The translations under genes and the position numbers were made by a program. DNA of 55,521 bases from Bacteroidales bacterium (GTDB lineage Bacteria; Bacteroidota; Bacteroidia; Bacteroidales; 4484-276). Shown here in pieces: positions 36,557-46,475 of this stretch (positions within the stretch are counted from its first letter, which is position 1; each line of letters starts with the position of its first letter). The stretch is from contig JBKHBQ010000001.1 of assembly GCA_046542305.1 (NCBI GenBank), positions 1 to 55,521 on the forward strand, in the 5' to 3' direction. The notes below the pieces were generated by a model, which worked only from the letters and a program-made list of their open reading frames with translations, was not told the origin of the DNA and did no database searches.

Positions 36557-37609
36557 ATGAAAAAAAAATTAAGGAAAAATCTGCTCAGGATCCTCGCCGT
36601 CATTTTGATCCTGATTGTTGTGGCGGGCGGCACCATTGCTTTTCTTTTCTGGAGGGCAGTGTACAAGGAAAATGTGAACCTGAACGGAAGCGAAACAGCC
36701 TATGTATATATCTCCACGGGCTCGGAGTATGGAGATTTGCTGCAGTCGGTTAAAGAAGCAGGTGTACTGAAAAATGCCAACACCTTCCGCTGGCTGGCCG
36801 GGCGAAAGAACCTTCCGCATCATGTATATCCCGGCAGGTACGAATTCACGGCAGGAATGAACAATGATGAAATAGTGGATATGCTGCGCTCGGGGGCCCA
36901 AAAACCGCTGAACGTAATTTTTAACAACATCAGGACGAGTGAGCAGCTTGCCGGCGTGATTTCCAGACAAATCGAAGCTGATTCGGCAGAAATCATGCGA
37001 CTGCTCAACGACGAGAATATCCTCGACGAACTGGGCCTGAAGCCTGAAACCGTCAAAACGATCTTCATACCGAATACTTATGAATTTTTTTGGAATACTT
37101 CAGCGGAAGGTTTCATCGAGCGGATGTATAAAGAGTACCGGCTCTTCTGGAACGAAAACCGGCTCAGGCAGGCTGAACAGCAAAAACTATCGCCGCTTCA
37201 GGTTTCAATCCTGGCTTCAATTATCGACAAGGAAACCAACCGCAACGATGAAAAGGCACGTATTGCCGGTGTTTATCTCAACCGCCTTCGCAATGGATGG
37301 CGTCTGCAGGCCGACCCCACCGTGGTGTACGCCTTTTACCTCGAAAACGATTCGCTGCTAAACAGGGTGTACCGCAGACACACCAACATGCCATCGCCTT
37401 ACAACACCTATTTAAATATTGGACTCCCGCCAGGCCCCATCTGCATTCCTTCCATCAGCGGACTGGAAGCCGCCCTTAGACCTGAGGATCACGATTACTG
37501 GTTCTTTGTGGCCAAAGCCGACGGATCGGGTTACCATCATTTCTCGAAAACCTACAACCAGCACCTGCGATACGCCCGCGAACATTATGATGCACTGAAC
37601 AGGAAGTAA
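36557..37609 (+). CDS. mltG: Endolytic murein transglycosylase MltG (YceG-like)
   Basis: 350 aa with an N-terminal TM segment. Motifs include ILASIIDKET, AGVYLNRL, LQADPTV and YNTY...GLPPGPI. Confidence 0.9.
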   Translation: MKKKLRKNLLRILAVILILIVVAGGTIAFLFWRAVYKENVNLNGSETAYVYISTGSEYGDLLQSVKEAGVLKNANTFRWLAGRKNLPHHVYPGRYEFTAGMNNDEIVDMLRSGAQKPLNVIFNNIRTSEQLAGVISRQIEADSAEIMRLLNDENILDELGLKPETVKTIFIPNTYEFFWNTSAEGFIERMYKEYRLFWNENRLRQAEQQKLSPLQVSILASIIDKETNRNDEKARIAGVYLNRLRNGWRLQADPTVVYAFYLENDSLLNRVYRRHTNMPSPYNTYLNIGLPPGPICIPSISGLEAALRPEDHDYWFFVAKADGSGYHHFSKTYNQHLRYAREHYDALNRK

Positions 37610-37691
37610 ACGAAGATGAAAGTTTGACGGCAGGAGATGAAAATCTGAATTCCGGGAATTGTGATTTGATGCATTGAAAATGCATTTGTAC

Positions 37692-37699
37692 TACCTTTG
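37692..37699 (+). promoter_or_regulatory. -7 promoter element (TACCTTTG) for ychF
   Basis: 20 nt upstream of ATG 37720. Confidence 0.45.
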
Positions 37700-37719
37700 C
37701 AGCGAAAAAAAAATCAGCT

Positions 37720-38820
37720 ATGGGACTTAAATGCGGCATCATCGGGATTACGAATACCGGGAAAACCACCATCTTCAACTGTATTTCGAAAACCAAGGCC
37801 GAAGCGAGCAGTTTTGCTTTCAGCTCCAGTAAATCGAATATCGGAATGATAGATGTCCCCGATGAACGCCTGTACAAAATTGACCAATTTATAAAATCCG
37901 TTCGAATCATACCAGCCACCGTGGATATTGTTGACATTCCAGGGCTGGCCAAAGGCTCGAACCAGGGCGAGGGCGTGGGAAACAAGTTTCTTGCCGATAT
38001 TCAGCAAACAGATGCCATTATTCACGTGCTGCGTTGTTTCGACGATGAAAACCTGCCGCATGTCGAAGGATCTGTTAATCCGGTGAGGGATATGGAAATT
38101 GTTGACCTGGAACTACAGGTGCGCGACCTCGACCTGGTGCAGCGTAAAATTCAGCGCCTGGAAAAACTGGCAAAATCGGGTGATAAGGAAATCAGGCGGC
38201 AAATTGGAGTACTCGAAAAACTGGCCGAACACCTTGAAAATTTCAATAATGCCCGCGATTTTGAAATATCAAAAGAAGACCGCAAAAAAATAATCGACGA
38301 TATGTTTCTGCTTACCGCCAAGCCTGTGCTTTTTGTTTGCAATGTTGATGATGCTTCGGCAGCGGATGGCAACAATCACTCGAAAAGTGTTGAGGAAGCA
38401 CTCAGGGACCACGACACGCAGGTAATTGTGATTGCCGGTGAACTGGAAGCCGAAATTGCCGAGCTCGATAATGAGGACGACCGCCGTGAATTCCTTCAGG
38501 ATGCCGGACTAACCCAACCCGGGGTGAATAAAATGATCCACGCGGCCTATGATTTACTGAACCTCCAATCGTTTTTTACCGCCGGCCCCAAGGAAGTAAG
38601 GGCGTGGACCATCAGAAAAGGAATGACCGCCCCACAGGCAGCAGGTGTGATACACAGCGATCTGGAACGCGGGTTTATTCGTGCCGAAGTAATGAAATAC
38701 AACGATTTTATCGAACACGGATCGGAACATGCCGTGAAAGAAGCAGGCAAGTTTCATGTCGAAGGCAAAAACTATATCGTTGAGGATGGCGATATTATCA
38801 ATATCCGGTTCAACGTGTAA
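37720..38820 (+). CDS. ychF: Redox-regulated ribosome-binding ATPase YchF
   Basis: 366 aa. It has GIIGITNTGKTTIFN, DIPGL and a TGS-like C-terminus (GFIRAEV...EGKNYIVEDGDII). Confidence 0.93.
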   Translation: MGLKCGIIGITNTGKTTIFNCISKTKAEASSFAFSSSKSNIGMIDVPDERLYKIDQFIKSVRIIPATVDIVDIPGLAKGSNQGEGVGNKFLADIQQTDAIIHVLRCFDDENLPHVEGSVNPVRDMEIVDLELQVRDLDLVQRKIQRLEKLAKSGDKEIRRQIGVLEKLAEHLENFNNARDFEISKEDRKKIIDDMFLLTAKPVLFVCNVDDASAADGNNHSKSVEEALRDHDTQVIVIAGELEAEIAELDNEDDRREFLQDAGLTQPGVNKMIHAAYDLLNLQSFFTAGPKEVRAWTIRKGMTAPQAAGVIHSDLERGFIRAEVMKYNDFIEHGSEHAVKEAGKFHVEGKNYIVEDGDIINIRFNV

Positions 38821-38822
38821 AG

Positions 38823-39644
38823 CTAAAGTTCCTTAACCAGTTCCACAAGTATTTTGGTAAGGCTCACCTCTGCCTTTCCGGCAACCTCAAGGATTTCACG
38901 GATATTTACCGGCTTAAGGTTATCCGGATCGCACTCATCCGTAATTACCGAAATGGCTGCAACAGGTAATTTCATGTGGTTGGCGGCAATTACCTCCGGA
39001 ATAGTGGACATCCCGATAAGGTCGGCGCCGATGGAACGCATGTACCTGTACTCGGCCCGCGTTTCGAGGTTGGGACCCGCAACGGCGGCATATACGCCCT
39101 GATTCAGCTTTATTCCGTCCCTTTTGGCAATGGCAATAATCTTCTCGTTAAGGGAAGCCGAATACGGCTGACTCATGTCAGGAAAACGCGTGCCAAGCTC
39201 GTCGATATTCGGCCCGATCAATGGATTATCGCCCAACAGGTTGATATGGTCGGTGATCAGCATCAGCTCACCTTTTTTAAAATCAAGGTTTACGTTTCCG
39301 GCGGCATTCGACACCAGCAGGTATTTAATGCCCAGCATCTTCATCACCCTCACCGGAAACACGATCTGCTGCATGCTGTAGCCTTCATAATAATGAAACC
39401 TGCCCTGCATGGCCACAACTTTCTTCTCGCCCAGCGTGCCGTAGATCAGCCGCCCGTCGTGCGACTCAACCGTTGAAACGGGAAAATCCGGTATTTTGTC
39501 ATATTCCAGCACATGCCTTACGGAGATGTGATTTACCAGCTTACCAAGGCCGGTGCCAAGGATTACACCAAATTCGGGATTTGTAAAACCATTTTTATTT
39601 AAGAATTCTGCCGTAGCTTTAATCCGGTCCATCATATTTTCCAT
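38823..39644 (-). CDS. Purine nucleoside phosphorylase (PNP family I)
   Basis: 273 aa. Motifs include GVILGTGLG, GRFHYYEGY, VSNAAGN and GMSTIPEV. Confidence 0.9.
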   Translation of the reverse strand: MENMMDRIKATAEFLNKNGFTNPEFGVILGTGLGKLVNHISVRHVLEYDKIPDFPVSTVESHDGRLIYGTLGEKKVVAMQGRFHYYEGYSMQQIVFPVRVMKMLGIKYLLVSNAAGNVNLDFKKGELMLITDHINLLGDNPLIGPNIDELGTRFPDMSQPYSASLNEKIIAIAKRDGIKLNQGVYAAVAGPNLETRAEYRYMRSIGADLIGMSTIPEVIAANHMKLPVAAISVITDECDPDNLKPVNIREILEVAGKAEVSLTKILVELVKEL

Positions 39645-39664
39645 CGCTTCCTGATTTTAAGCGG

Positions 39665-39672
39665 CAAAAATA
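39665..39672 (-). promoter_or_regulatory. -7 promoter element (TATTTTTG) for the PNP gene
   Basis: The minus strand reads TATTTTTG, 20 nt upstream of ATG 39644. Confidence 0.45.
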
Positions 39673-39704
39673 AAGGAAACACGGAAAGGTGCACCTGAAT
39701 CGGT

Positions 39705-40145
39705 TCAGTATTTCTTATAAAATTTCCACTGATCGGGACTTTTTTCGGCAGAATCCGGCCCTGCAGGCTGCCTGCCCGGCATTCCGGCATATTCCGGTTG
39801 CGAAAGCACAATGCTGTCGTTTAATGGCCGGCTGAGGAAATAATTCATTTCTTTTGCCTGATCCTCCCGGAGTTTCACCACCGGAATCCGCTGCATATCA
39901 TTACCAAAAAAAGATACCCTGACTTCGTAATCTCCCGGTTGAAGAACATTCATCAGGTAAGTTCCATCTTCATCGGCGGATACGCCTGTAACCAGCATGC
40001 CATCCCTGAACAAGCCGACGTTGGCGTAGGAAATGGCTTTTCCGGTTTGAATATCCGTGACTTTTCCCGAAAGGGTGCAGTTTTGCCCGTATGAAAGTGT
40101 GCCGAATACCAAAAGTGTAGCGAGTAGTGTAGTGATTGTTTTCAT
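39705..40145 (-). CDS. Secreted carboxypeptidase-regulatory-like (CarboxypepD_reg) domain protein
   Basis: From ATG 40145 the signal is MKTITTLLATLLVFGTLSYGQ, followed by CTLSGKVTDIQTGKAISYANVGL...DGTY....PGDYEVRVSF. Confidence 0.55.
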   Translation of the reverse strand: MKTITTLLATLLVFGTLSYGQNCTLSGKVTDIQTGKAISYANVGLFRDGMLVTGVSADEDGTYLMNVLQPGDYEVRVSFFGNDMQRIPVVKLREDQAKEMNYFLSRPLNDSIVLSQPEYAGMPGRQPAGPDSAEKSPDQWKFYKKY

Positions 40146-40381
40146 GGCATCCTCCATGTTTGTGTGTTCAAATAAAAAAAATTGAAGCAATAAAATTAAC
40201 TGTATAATAAGGCTAAAGAAATGGTGCATCAGGATACGACAGGAAGATCATAAGTAACGGTGGCAATAAATCAGTTTGCGGTATTAAGGGTACAAATCTA
40301 CTAATTGCCAAGGGGGAAAAGTTTTTCATAATTATCAACATTTTGGAGCGGCGCAAACAAATTCCTGTAATTTTGCAGCCC

Positions 40382-41251
40382 ATGACACACACAGCAGCTT
40401 ACCCTAAGTCTTCCATCCAGGCGTTGAAAGACTTTGCCCAACAAGTAAGAAGGGACATCCTGAGAATGACACACGGCGCCCAATCGGGTCATCCCGGCGG
40501 CTCATTGGGATGCGCCGACATCGTGGTGGCCCTCTACCGTGAAATAATGAATTACAACCCGAAGAATTTCACCATGGACGGCCATGGCGAAGATGTGTTT
40601 ATTTTATCAAACGGACACATTTCGCCACTGTGGTATAGCGTGCTTGCGCGATGCGGCTACTTCGACGTTTCGGAGCTGAGCACCTTCCGAAAGCTGGATT
40701 CGCGCCTGCAGGGGCATCCGGCCACCCAGGAAGGCCTGCCGGGCATCCGCGTTGCCACCGGTTCGCTGGGGCAAGGGCTGTCGGTAGGCGTGGGCATTGC
40801 ACAGTCGAAAAAGTTGAATAGCGACCCGAACCTTGTTTACGTGCTGATGGGCGACGGCGAAGTTCAGGAAGGACAGATATGGGAAGCAGCCATGTACTGT
40901 GGAGCCAGAGGGATCGACAATATTGTCGGCATCATGGATTTTAACCGGAAACAAATCGACGGGCCTACCGATGTGGTGCTGCATCCCGGCAATATGAAGG
41001 GCAAATGGGAGGCCTTTGGCTGGGATACCCTGGAAATGCGAGGCAACGAAATGGATGAGGTTCTCGACAGCTTGTCGTATGCAAAATCCAGAACAGGAAA
41101 AAAGAAACCGATCATGATCCTGGCCAATACTGAAATGGGATTTGGCGTTGATTTTATGATGGGCACACATAAATGGCATGGCGTAGCGCCAAACGATGAA
41201 CAACTGGATAAAGCCCTTTCGCAACTGAAAGAAACCTTGGGTGATTATTAA
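40382..41251 (+). CDS. Transketolase, N-terminal subunit, pair 2 (typical Bacteroidota type)
   Basis: Motifs include SGHPGGSLG, LSNGHISP, LQGHP, GSLGQG and GDGEVQEGQIWEA. ATG 40382 sits 6 nt after a TAATTTTG motif (40368-40375). Confidence 0.9.
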   Translation: MTHTAAYPKSSIQALKDFAQQVRRDILRMTHGAQSGHPGGSLGCADIVVALYREIMNYNPKNFTMDGHGEDVFILSNGHISPLWYSVLARCGYFDVSELSTFRKLDSRLQGHPATQEGLPGIRVATGSLGQGLSVGVGIAQSKKLNSDPNLVYVLMGDGEVQEGQIWEAAMYCGARGIDNIVGIMDFNRKQIDGPTDVVLHPGNMKGKWEAFGWDTLEMRGNEMDEVLDSLSYAKSRTGKKKPIMILANTEMGFGVDFMMGTHKWHGVAPNDEQLDKALSQLKETLGDY

Positions 41252-41271
41252 ATCAGAAACGGGGTGAGGAA

Positions 41272-42666
41272 TTGGTTGATAAAATATTTAAATACCTGAT
41301 TATCATCGCCGGTCTGTTTCTGGCCGGTTCAAGCCCGGGACAAAACCCGGGAGAAATAGCCGCTCCCCCTCCCACCACACGCATTTTATTTGTTTTCGAT
41401 GCTTCGCAAAGCATGTACGGCCGCTGGCAAAGCGACATGAAGATACATATTGCCCAGCGCCTGCTTAGTAAGGTACTCGACAGCCTGAGCCAGGTAGAAA
41501 ACCTGGAACTCGCCCTGCGGGTTTATGGTCATCAAAAACCAATACCACCGCAGGATTGTAATGATACACGGCTGGAAGTCCCCTTTGGTAAAAACAATGC
41601 AAACAAGATAAAGAACAGGCTCAGTCAATTGAACCCAAAGGGAACCACACCCATTGCCTATGCACTTGAACAATCTCAATATGATTTTACGCACTGCGAT
41701 GATTGCCGCAACATCATCGTGCTGATTACCGACGGCGTGGAGGAATGCGGCGGCGACCCGTGTGAAGTTTCCAGGATGCTGCAGAAAAAAGGAATTGTGC
41801 TAAAACCTTTCGTGATCGACATCGGCAACGATGTCAGCGAATCGCTTAATTGTGTGGGAAATTATTATAACGCCGCCAGCGAAAAAGCCTTCAGCAAGGC
41901 GCTCAATATAGTCATTACCCAGGCGTTGAATGCCACCACCGCCCAGGTGAATCTGCTCGACGAATCAGGTAGGCCTTCAGAAACCAATGTGAATATGACC
42001 TTTTACGACAGCTATTCAGGCAATGTAAAATATAATTTCGTCCACACCATGAACCACCGTGGATTGCCGGATACGCTGGTTATCGATCACCTGCTGAATT
42101 ATGATGTGGTGGTGCATACCATTCCGGAAATCAGAAAAGACAGTGTGAACATTCATCCGGGTAAGCATACCGTGATTCCGATAAATGCGCCGCAAGGCAG
42201 CCTGAACCTGACCATCGGCGGCAACTGGCGCACCATCCGCAACCTGCAGGCTATTGTTAGAAAACACGGGCAACACGAAACGCTCAATATACAACATTTC
42301 GGAACTTCTGAAAAGTACCTCACCGGAACATATGATCTGGAAGTGCTGGCTCTTCCGCGTTTTACCATCGACAACGTGGTAGTAAACCAAAGCACGACCA
42401 CCACCATCGAGATTCCGCTGCCGGGCATCGTTACCATTCGCAAAATTGTGGATGGCTATGGCAGCCTGTATGTGGAAGATGGTAATGAGTTAAAGCTGAT
42501 CTACAACCTCGACATCAGCAAGGATGGAATTGAAAACCTGGTACTTCAGCCGGGAAATTACCGGATCATTTTCCGGTCGAAATATGCTGATAAATCGGCA
42601 TACACCTTCGAAGAAAAATTTGTGATCGAATCGGGCAGAACCGTCGAAATAAAACTGAACAGATAA
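41272..42666 (+). CDS. Secreted von Willebrand factor type A (vWA) domain protein with a C-terminal beta-sandwich repeat region
   Basis: 464 aa with a signal peptide ([15 protein letters not shown]) and the MIDAS motif DASQSM, followed by ..GTTPIAYAL.. and ITDGVEE. The C-terminal ~250 aa are beta-rich. It has a TTG start 20 nt after the tktN stop, and its stop overlaps the tktC ATG (TAATG). Confidence 0.75.
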   Translation: MVDKIFKYLIIIAGLFLAGSSPGQNPGEIAAPPPTTRILFVFDASQSMYGRWQSDMKIHIAQRLLSKVLDSLSQVENLELALRVYGHQKPIPPQDCNDTRLEVPFGKNNANKIKNRLSQLNPKGTTPIAYALEQSQYDFTHCDDCRNIIVLITDGVEECGGDPCEVSRMLQKKGIVLKPFVIDIGNDVSESLNCVGNYYNAASEKAFSKALNIVITQALNATTAQVNLLDESGRPSETNVNMTFYDSYSGNVKYNFVHTMNHRGLPDTLVIDHLLNYDVVVHTIPEIRKDSVNIHPGKHTVIPINAPQGSLNLTIGGNWRTIRNLQAIVRKHGQHETLNIQHFGTSEKYLTGTYDLEVLALPRFTIDNVVVNQSTTTTIEIPLPGIVTIRKIVDGYGSLYVEDGNELKLIYNLDISKDGIENLVLQPGNYRIIFRSKYADKSAYTFEEKFVIESGRTVEIKLNR

Positions 42667-43640
42667 TGGCAAAAAAAGAACAACAGGAATTCACAAATCA
42701 GGGAAATAAAGATACCCGTTCGGGATTTGGCGAAGCATTGTATGAACTCGGAAAAACCAATCCGGATGTGGTGGCACTTAATGCCGACCTTACCGGATCG
42801 TTGAAGATGGATAAATTTGCAGATGCGTTTCCCGACAGGTTTTTTCAGATCGGCATTGCCGAAGCCAATATGATGGGCATTGCCGCCGGTCTGGCTACCG
42901 GAGGGAAAATTCCGTTCACCGGCACCTTCGCCAATTTTTCCACCGGCAGGGTATTCGACCAGATCAGGCAATCCATCGCCTATTCCAACAAAAATGTGAA
43001 ATTGTGTGCTTCACATGCCGGGGTAACCCTTGGTGAAGACGGAGCCACCCACCAGATCATGGAAGATATCGGACTGATGAAAATGCTGCCCAACATGACG
43101 GTGATCAATCCATGCGATTTTAATCAGACCAAAGCCGCAACCCTCGCCATAGCTGAATACGAAGGCCCGGTTTATCTGCGGTTCGGACGCCCGAAGGTGG
43201 CCAATTTTACCGATCCGGATCAGCCTTTCGAAATCGGCAAGGCGCTGGTGATGCGCCAAGGTACCGATGTATCGATCTTTGCTACCGGGCACATGGTCTG
43301 GAAAGCGTTGGAAGCCGCACATCAACTGGAGGAGAAGGGCATCGATGCCGAAGTGATCGACATTCACACCATCAAACCCATCGACCGGGAAGCCATCATG
43401 GAGTCCATCATGAAAACCCGCTGTGCAGTTACGGCCGAAGAACACCAGATTTTTGGCGGTCTGGGCGAGAGTATTGCCGGTGTGCTGGCACGCAACTTCC
43501 CCACCCCCGTCGAAATGGTAGGCATGAACGACCTCTTCGGCGAAAGCGGTAAGCCTGAAGAACTGCTTGAAAAGTACGGCATGAGCACTGCTGATATCGT
43601 TACGGCCGCCGAACTTGTGGTGGCACGGAAGCATATGTAG
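42666..43640 (+). CDS. Transketolase, C-terminal subunit, pair 2
   Basis: 324 aa. Motifs include [21 protein letters not shown] and FGESG. Confidence 0.9.
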   Translation: MAKKEQQEFTNQGNKDTRSGFGEALYELGKTNPDVVALNADLTGSLKMDKFADAFPDRFFQIGIAEANMMGIAAGLATGGKIPFTGTFANFSTGRVFDQIRQSIAYSNKNVKLCASHAGVTLGEDGATHQIMEDIGLMKMLPNMTVINPCDFNQTKAATLAIAEYEGPVYLRFGRPKVANFTDPDQPFEIGKALVMRQGTDVSIFATGHMVWKALEAAHQLEEKGIDAEVIDIHTIKPIDREAIMESIMKTRCAVTAEEHQIFGGLGESIAGVLARNFPTPVEMVGMNDLFGESGKPEELLEKYGMSTADIVTAAELVVARKHM

Positions 43641-43729
43641 ATACAGCGTAATTATTTCTGATCATACTACACGCTTGTAAAAAAGCAGCCGCTTTTGAAT
43701 GGAGTATATTTATAAATGTCACCATTTTC

Positions 43730-44014
43730 TTAAAATACTTTTTGCGGGCCGTGCTTCACACCCATGTGGTAGGTAATTCCGGCCTGTACCGTACCATCCT
43801 CATAATAATTCCGGTCAATGCCGTGGCCGAAGGCTGTCGTTGTAAGTAATTGCCGGCAAAAGCCTGCCATCCTTCGAATAGTTTTTCTTACACCGTTGAT
43901 TTATCACCCTTCTCCGCTTTTTCTCCCGAAGGTTGAAACAGGTCGCATCCTGTGAGTAAGAAAACCAGGAGAACTGACCAGAGCAGAATTTCAGTTTTTT
44001 TGATTTAAGTGCAT
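43730..44014 (-). pseudogene. Possible decayed small lipoprotein gene with a MORN/YwqK-like repeat (two frame changes)
   Basis: ATG 44014 gives MHLNQKN and a stop. One frame over, after an A7 run (43995-44001 on +), the sequence reads KTEILLWSVLLVFLLTGCDLFQPSG... with a lipobox (LTGC). Further downstream a third frame (43730-43870) reads ..FGHGIDRNYYEDGTVQAGITYHMGVKHGPQKVF. Confidence 0.3.
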
Positions 44015-44120
44015 GATGCAAAGTTTTCAGTCGCATGACAAAAAGAGGTTTTTCAGGTCAGTATTTCAAACTTTTCAGCGCGCATTTTAAGCAGGCGGTA
44101 AACCCCGGCGTTTTTTTTGC

Positions 44121-44128
44121 TATTTTTG
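44121..44128 (+). promoter_or_regulatory. -7 promoter element (TATTTTTG) just upstream of the outer-membrane protein gene
   Basis: 8 nt upstream of ATG 44137. A second in-frame ATG is at 44149. Confidence 0.35.
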
Positions 44129-44136
44129 GAAATACC

Positions 44137-46158
44137 ATGAATACGACTATGCCTGGGCTAAACCCGCGACACTTTTATTTATTGACCTGGCTGTGCATGT
44201 GGATCTTGATTGGCTGTATTTCAGAAGTACATGCACAAAACGGAAAACAGCCTCCGCCGGACACACTGCAAATTAAAGCAGGAACGGAGCTAAAATTTCG
44301 CGACAGCACCCATTTCTACCCTAACGATACCGTCCTAATCCTCCCTGACAGCGTCATAAAAAAACATCCACAACTCAAAACCTACCGGCTATACCAGCAA
44401 ATTGAAAAAACGGCCGAAAAGAACCGGATAATGAAACAGGTTTACAAGCTAACCTTCAATGACGGCGGATATCTGCAACGCGACGACACCATCCAGCAGG
44501 AAAAATCGGACGAACGCTTTGAAGCATATGAAGGAAAGGTGATCAGGAATATTCGCTATAAAGTCCAGGATGTAGTGGGCCCCGACGTTGACGATACCAG
44601 CAAGGTAAGCCTTCCGGGTTTTTACAGTTGGTTAAACAACCTACATCCAAAAACCAGGAACTATGTAGTTAAAAACAATCAATTGTTTAAAGAAAATGAA
44701 AAGCTAAATCCGCTGGAACTGGCCAACAGCGAACGTCTTTTACGCGACCTGGCTTCTATCAAAGATGCCCGGATCTATGTTTCGCAGGTGGAAAACCAGC
44801 CTGATTCGGTGGATATAACCATTGTGGTAAAGGACAAATTTCCGATCGGAGCCAGGCTGGATGTGCCGTCGTCCGACCATTACAACCTGAGCGTGTACAC
44901 GGTGAATTTTATGGGATGGGGGCATTTGTTCGACAACACCGTTTCAGTTCTTCCCGGACATGCTCCGCTACTTCGCTATAGCAGGATGCAATATTCCCTG
45001 CCCAACATCGCCGGAACCTTTATCAAGGGCGAAGGCATCCTTCAATGGGAAGATGATACCTGGCTGAAAAAATTTCAAGCGCAAAAGGTTTATGAACCCC
45101 TGAAACCAAGTTGGGGCGGACTGGCAAAGATTGAAGAAAACAGGTACAACCGTGTTGATGTGGTAATAGACCCCCATGATCCTGATCACGATTCCCTCAC
45201 CGAACTCCCGATCACCTACAACGAAAAGAACCTTGCAGTCGGCTATTCCTTTATGTTTGATAAGGAGGATGTGCTCGCTCCCGAATTCATGGTGATATTG
45301 CCAGCCTATATCAGCCGCCAATACCTTGAGCGCCCCCACATCGCCGAGGATACCAATTTCCAGTATCAGCACCGCACAAATCTTTTGTTCAGCATCACGT
45401 TTTTGAGGAATGATTTCTACAGAAGCCGCTACATTAACAATTTCGGAATTACCGAAGATGTGCCATACGGAATGAATATCACGCTGACAATGGGCTATGA
45501 ACTAGGTGAACTCACCGACAGATCCTACGGAGGAGCAAGTGTATCGGCAGGAAACTACACTGGAAATCTCGGGTATTTCTATTCAAAGGTGGAAGCCGGA
45601 TCATTTGTAAGAAACAGAAAGTTTAACCAGGGTCTGGTAAACCTGGAATTTTCATATTTCAGCAAATTATTCTCCACACCCGGCCAATACCGCAGCCGGC
45701 TTTCCTTTTCGACCTATTACGCCATCGGGTTTAACAGGTACGGCGGCGAGAGACTTTATATCCTTGATGACTATGCACTTAAGGGACTCGACACTGATTT
45801 TTTGTATGGAAATCAACGGTTGAATTTCATTGCCAAACTCACTACGTTTACGCCCTGGTATTTTTATGGATTCAGGTTTGCCGTTGAATTATTTGCCGAT
45901 CTTGGATTTATCGGCTCCAACACCGAATCGATTTTCAACAATACGCTTTATTCCGGCCTTGGTATCGGATTTAAAATCAGAAACGAAAGCCTTGTATTTC
46001 GCACCATCGAATTAAGCCTGATATGGCACCCCATTTTACCCGAAGGCCAGGGCGACAGGTTTCATCTTGGCGCCAGGAGCGTTCCCACTTCCAGGTTTGC
46101 CGATTTCCAGGCCACTAACCCTTACATCATTCCCTATAAGTACTATTATTATGAGTAG
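44137..46158 (+). CDS. Large outer-membrane beta-barrel protein, Omp85/BamA-like (tentative)
   Basis: 673 aa from ATG 44137, with the signal LLTWLCMWILIGCISEVHAQ. A POTRA-like segment reads (YEGKVIRNIRYKVQDV...LASIKDARIYV...VDITIVVKDKFPIG). The C-terminal half has alternating aromatic and hydrophobic beta strands. Confidence 0.45.
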   Translation: MNTTMPGLNPRHFYLLTWLCMWILIGCISEVHAQNGKQPPPDTLQIKAGTELKFRDSTHFYPNDTVLILPDSVIKKHPQLKTYRLYQQIEKTAEKNRIMKQVYKLTFNDGGYLQRDDTIQQEKSDERFEAYEGKVIRNIRYKVQDVVGPDVDDTSKVSLPGFYSWLNNLHPKTRNYVVKNNQLFKENEKLNPLELANSERLLRDLASIKDARIYVSQVENQPDSVDITIVVKDKFPIGARLDVPSSDHYNLSVYTVNFMGWGHLFDNTVSVLPGHAPLLRYSRMQYSLPNIAGTFIKGEGILQWEDDTWLKKFQAQKVYEPLKPSWGGLAKIEENRYNRVDVVIDPHDPDHDSLTELPITYNEKNLAVGYSFMFDKEDVLAPEFMVILPAYISRQYLERPHIAEDTNFQYQHRTNLLFSITFLRNDFYRSRYINNFGITEDVPYGMNITLTMGYELGELTDRSYGGASVSAGNYTGNLGYFYSKVEAGSFVRNRKFNQGLVNLEFSYFSKLFSTPGQYRSRLSFSTYYAIGFNRYGGERLYILDDYALKGLDTDFLYGNQRLNFIAKLTTFTPWYFYGFRFAVELFADLGFIGSNTESIFNNTLYSGLGIGFKIRNESLVFRTIELSLIWHPILPEGQGDRFHLGARSVPTSRFADFQATNPYIIPYKYYYYE

Positions 46159-46441
46159 CCGGAATAAACCGTTTTACCGCTTTGGCATATTTTTTGGTAA
46201 AACAGCTCCGAAATCTTCAAACAAACGTTTTATGAGAATTGCAGGAATAGTATTGCTTATCCTCGGACTTGTCGGTACCCTTACATTCGGGATTCAGGCT
46301 ATCAACCAATCTGAAAGCGCTAGTTTTCTCGGAATTGATATCGCTGTAAGTTCGGCCAACTGGATGCCGGTGATCATAAGCGTTGTGGTGCTGATCATCG
46401 GGATCATCATGACTGCTGCCGGAAGGAAACAAGAATCCTGA
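46151..46441 (+). CDS. Small 2-TM membrane protein
   Basis: Its ATG overlaps the end of the previous gene (ATGAGTAG). It has two hydrophobic helices (IAGIVLLILGLVGTLTFGI, WMPVIISVVVLIIGIIMTAAG). An alternative start is at 46232. Confidence 0.45.
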   Translation: MSSRNKPFYRFGIFFGKTAPKSSNKRFMRIAGIVLLILGLVGTLTFGIQAINQSESASFLGIDIAVSSANWMPVIISVVVLIIGIIMTAAGRKQES

Positions 46442-46475
46442 CCGGATTGGGGAATTAAGTTCCCATACATCCGCC

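Noticed and set aside
37476-38061. Two - strand ORFs (169 aa and 115 aa)
   Set aside because: They overlap the 3' end of mltG, the ychF promoter and the highly conserved ychF 5' region.
43815-44036. 73-aa basic ORF as a real gene
   Set aside because: It is low-complexity and K/R-rich. Neighbouring frames contain a lipoprotein signal and a MORN-like repeat, so I prefer the decayed-gene interpretation, though with low confidence.
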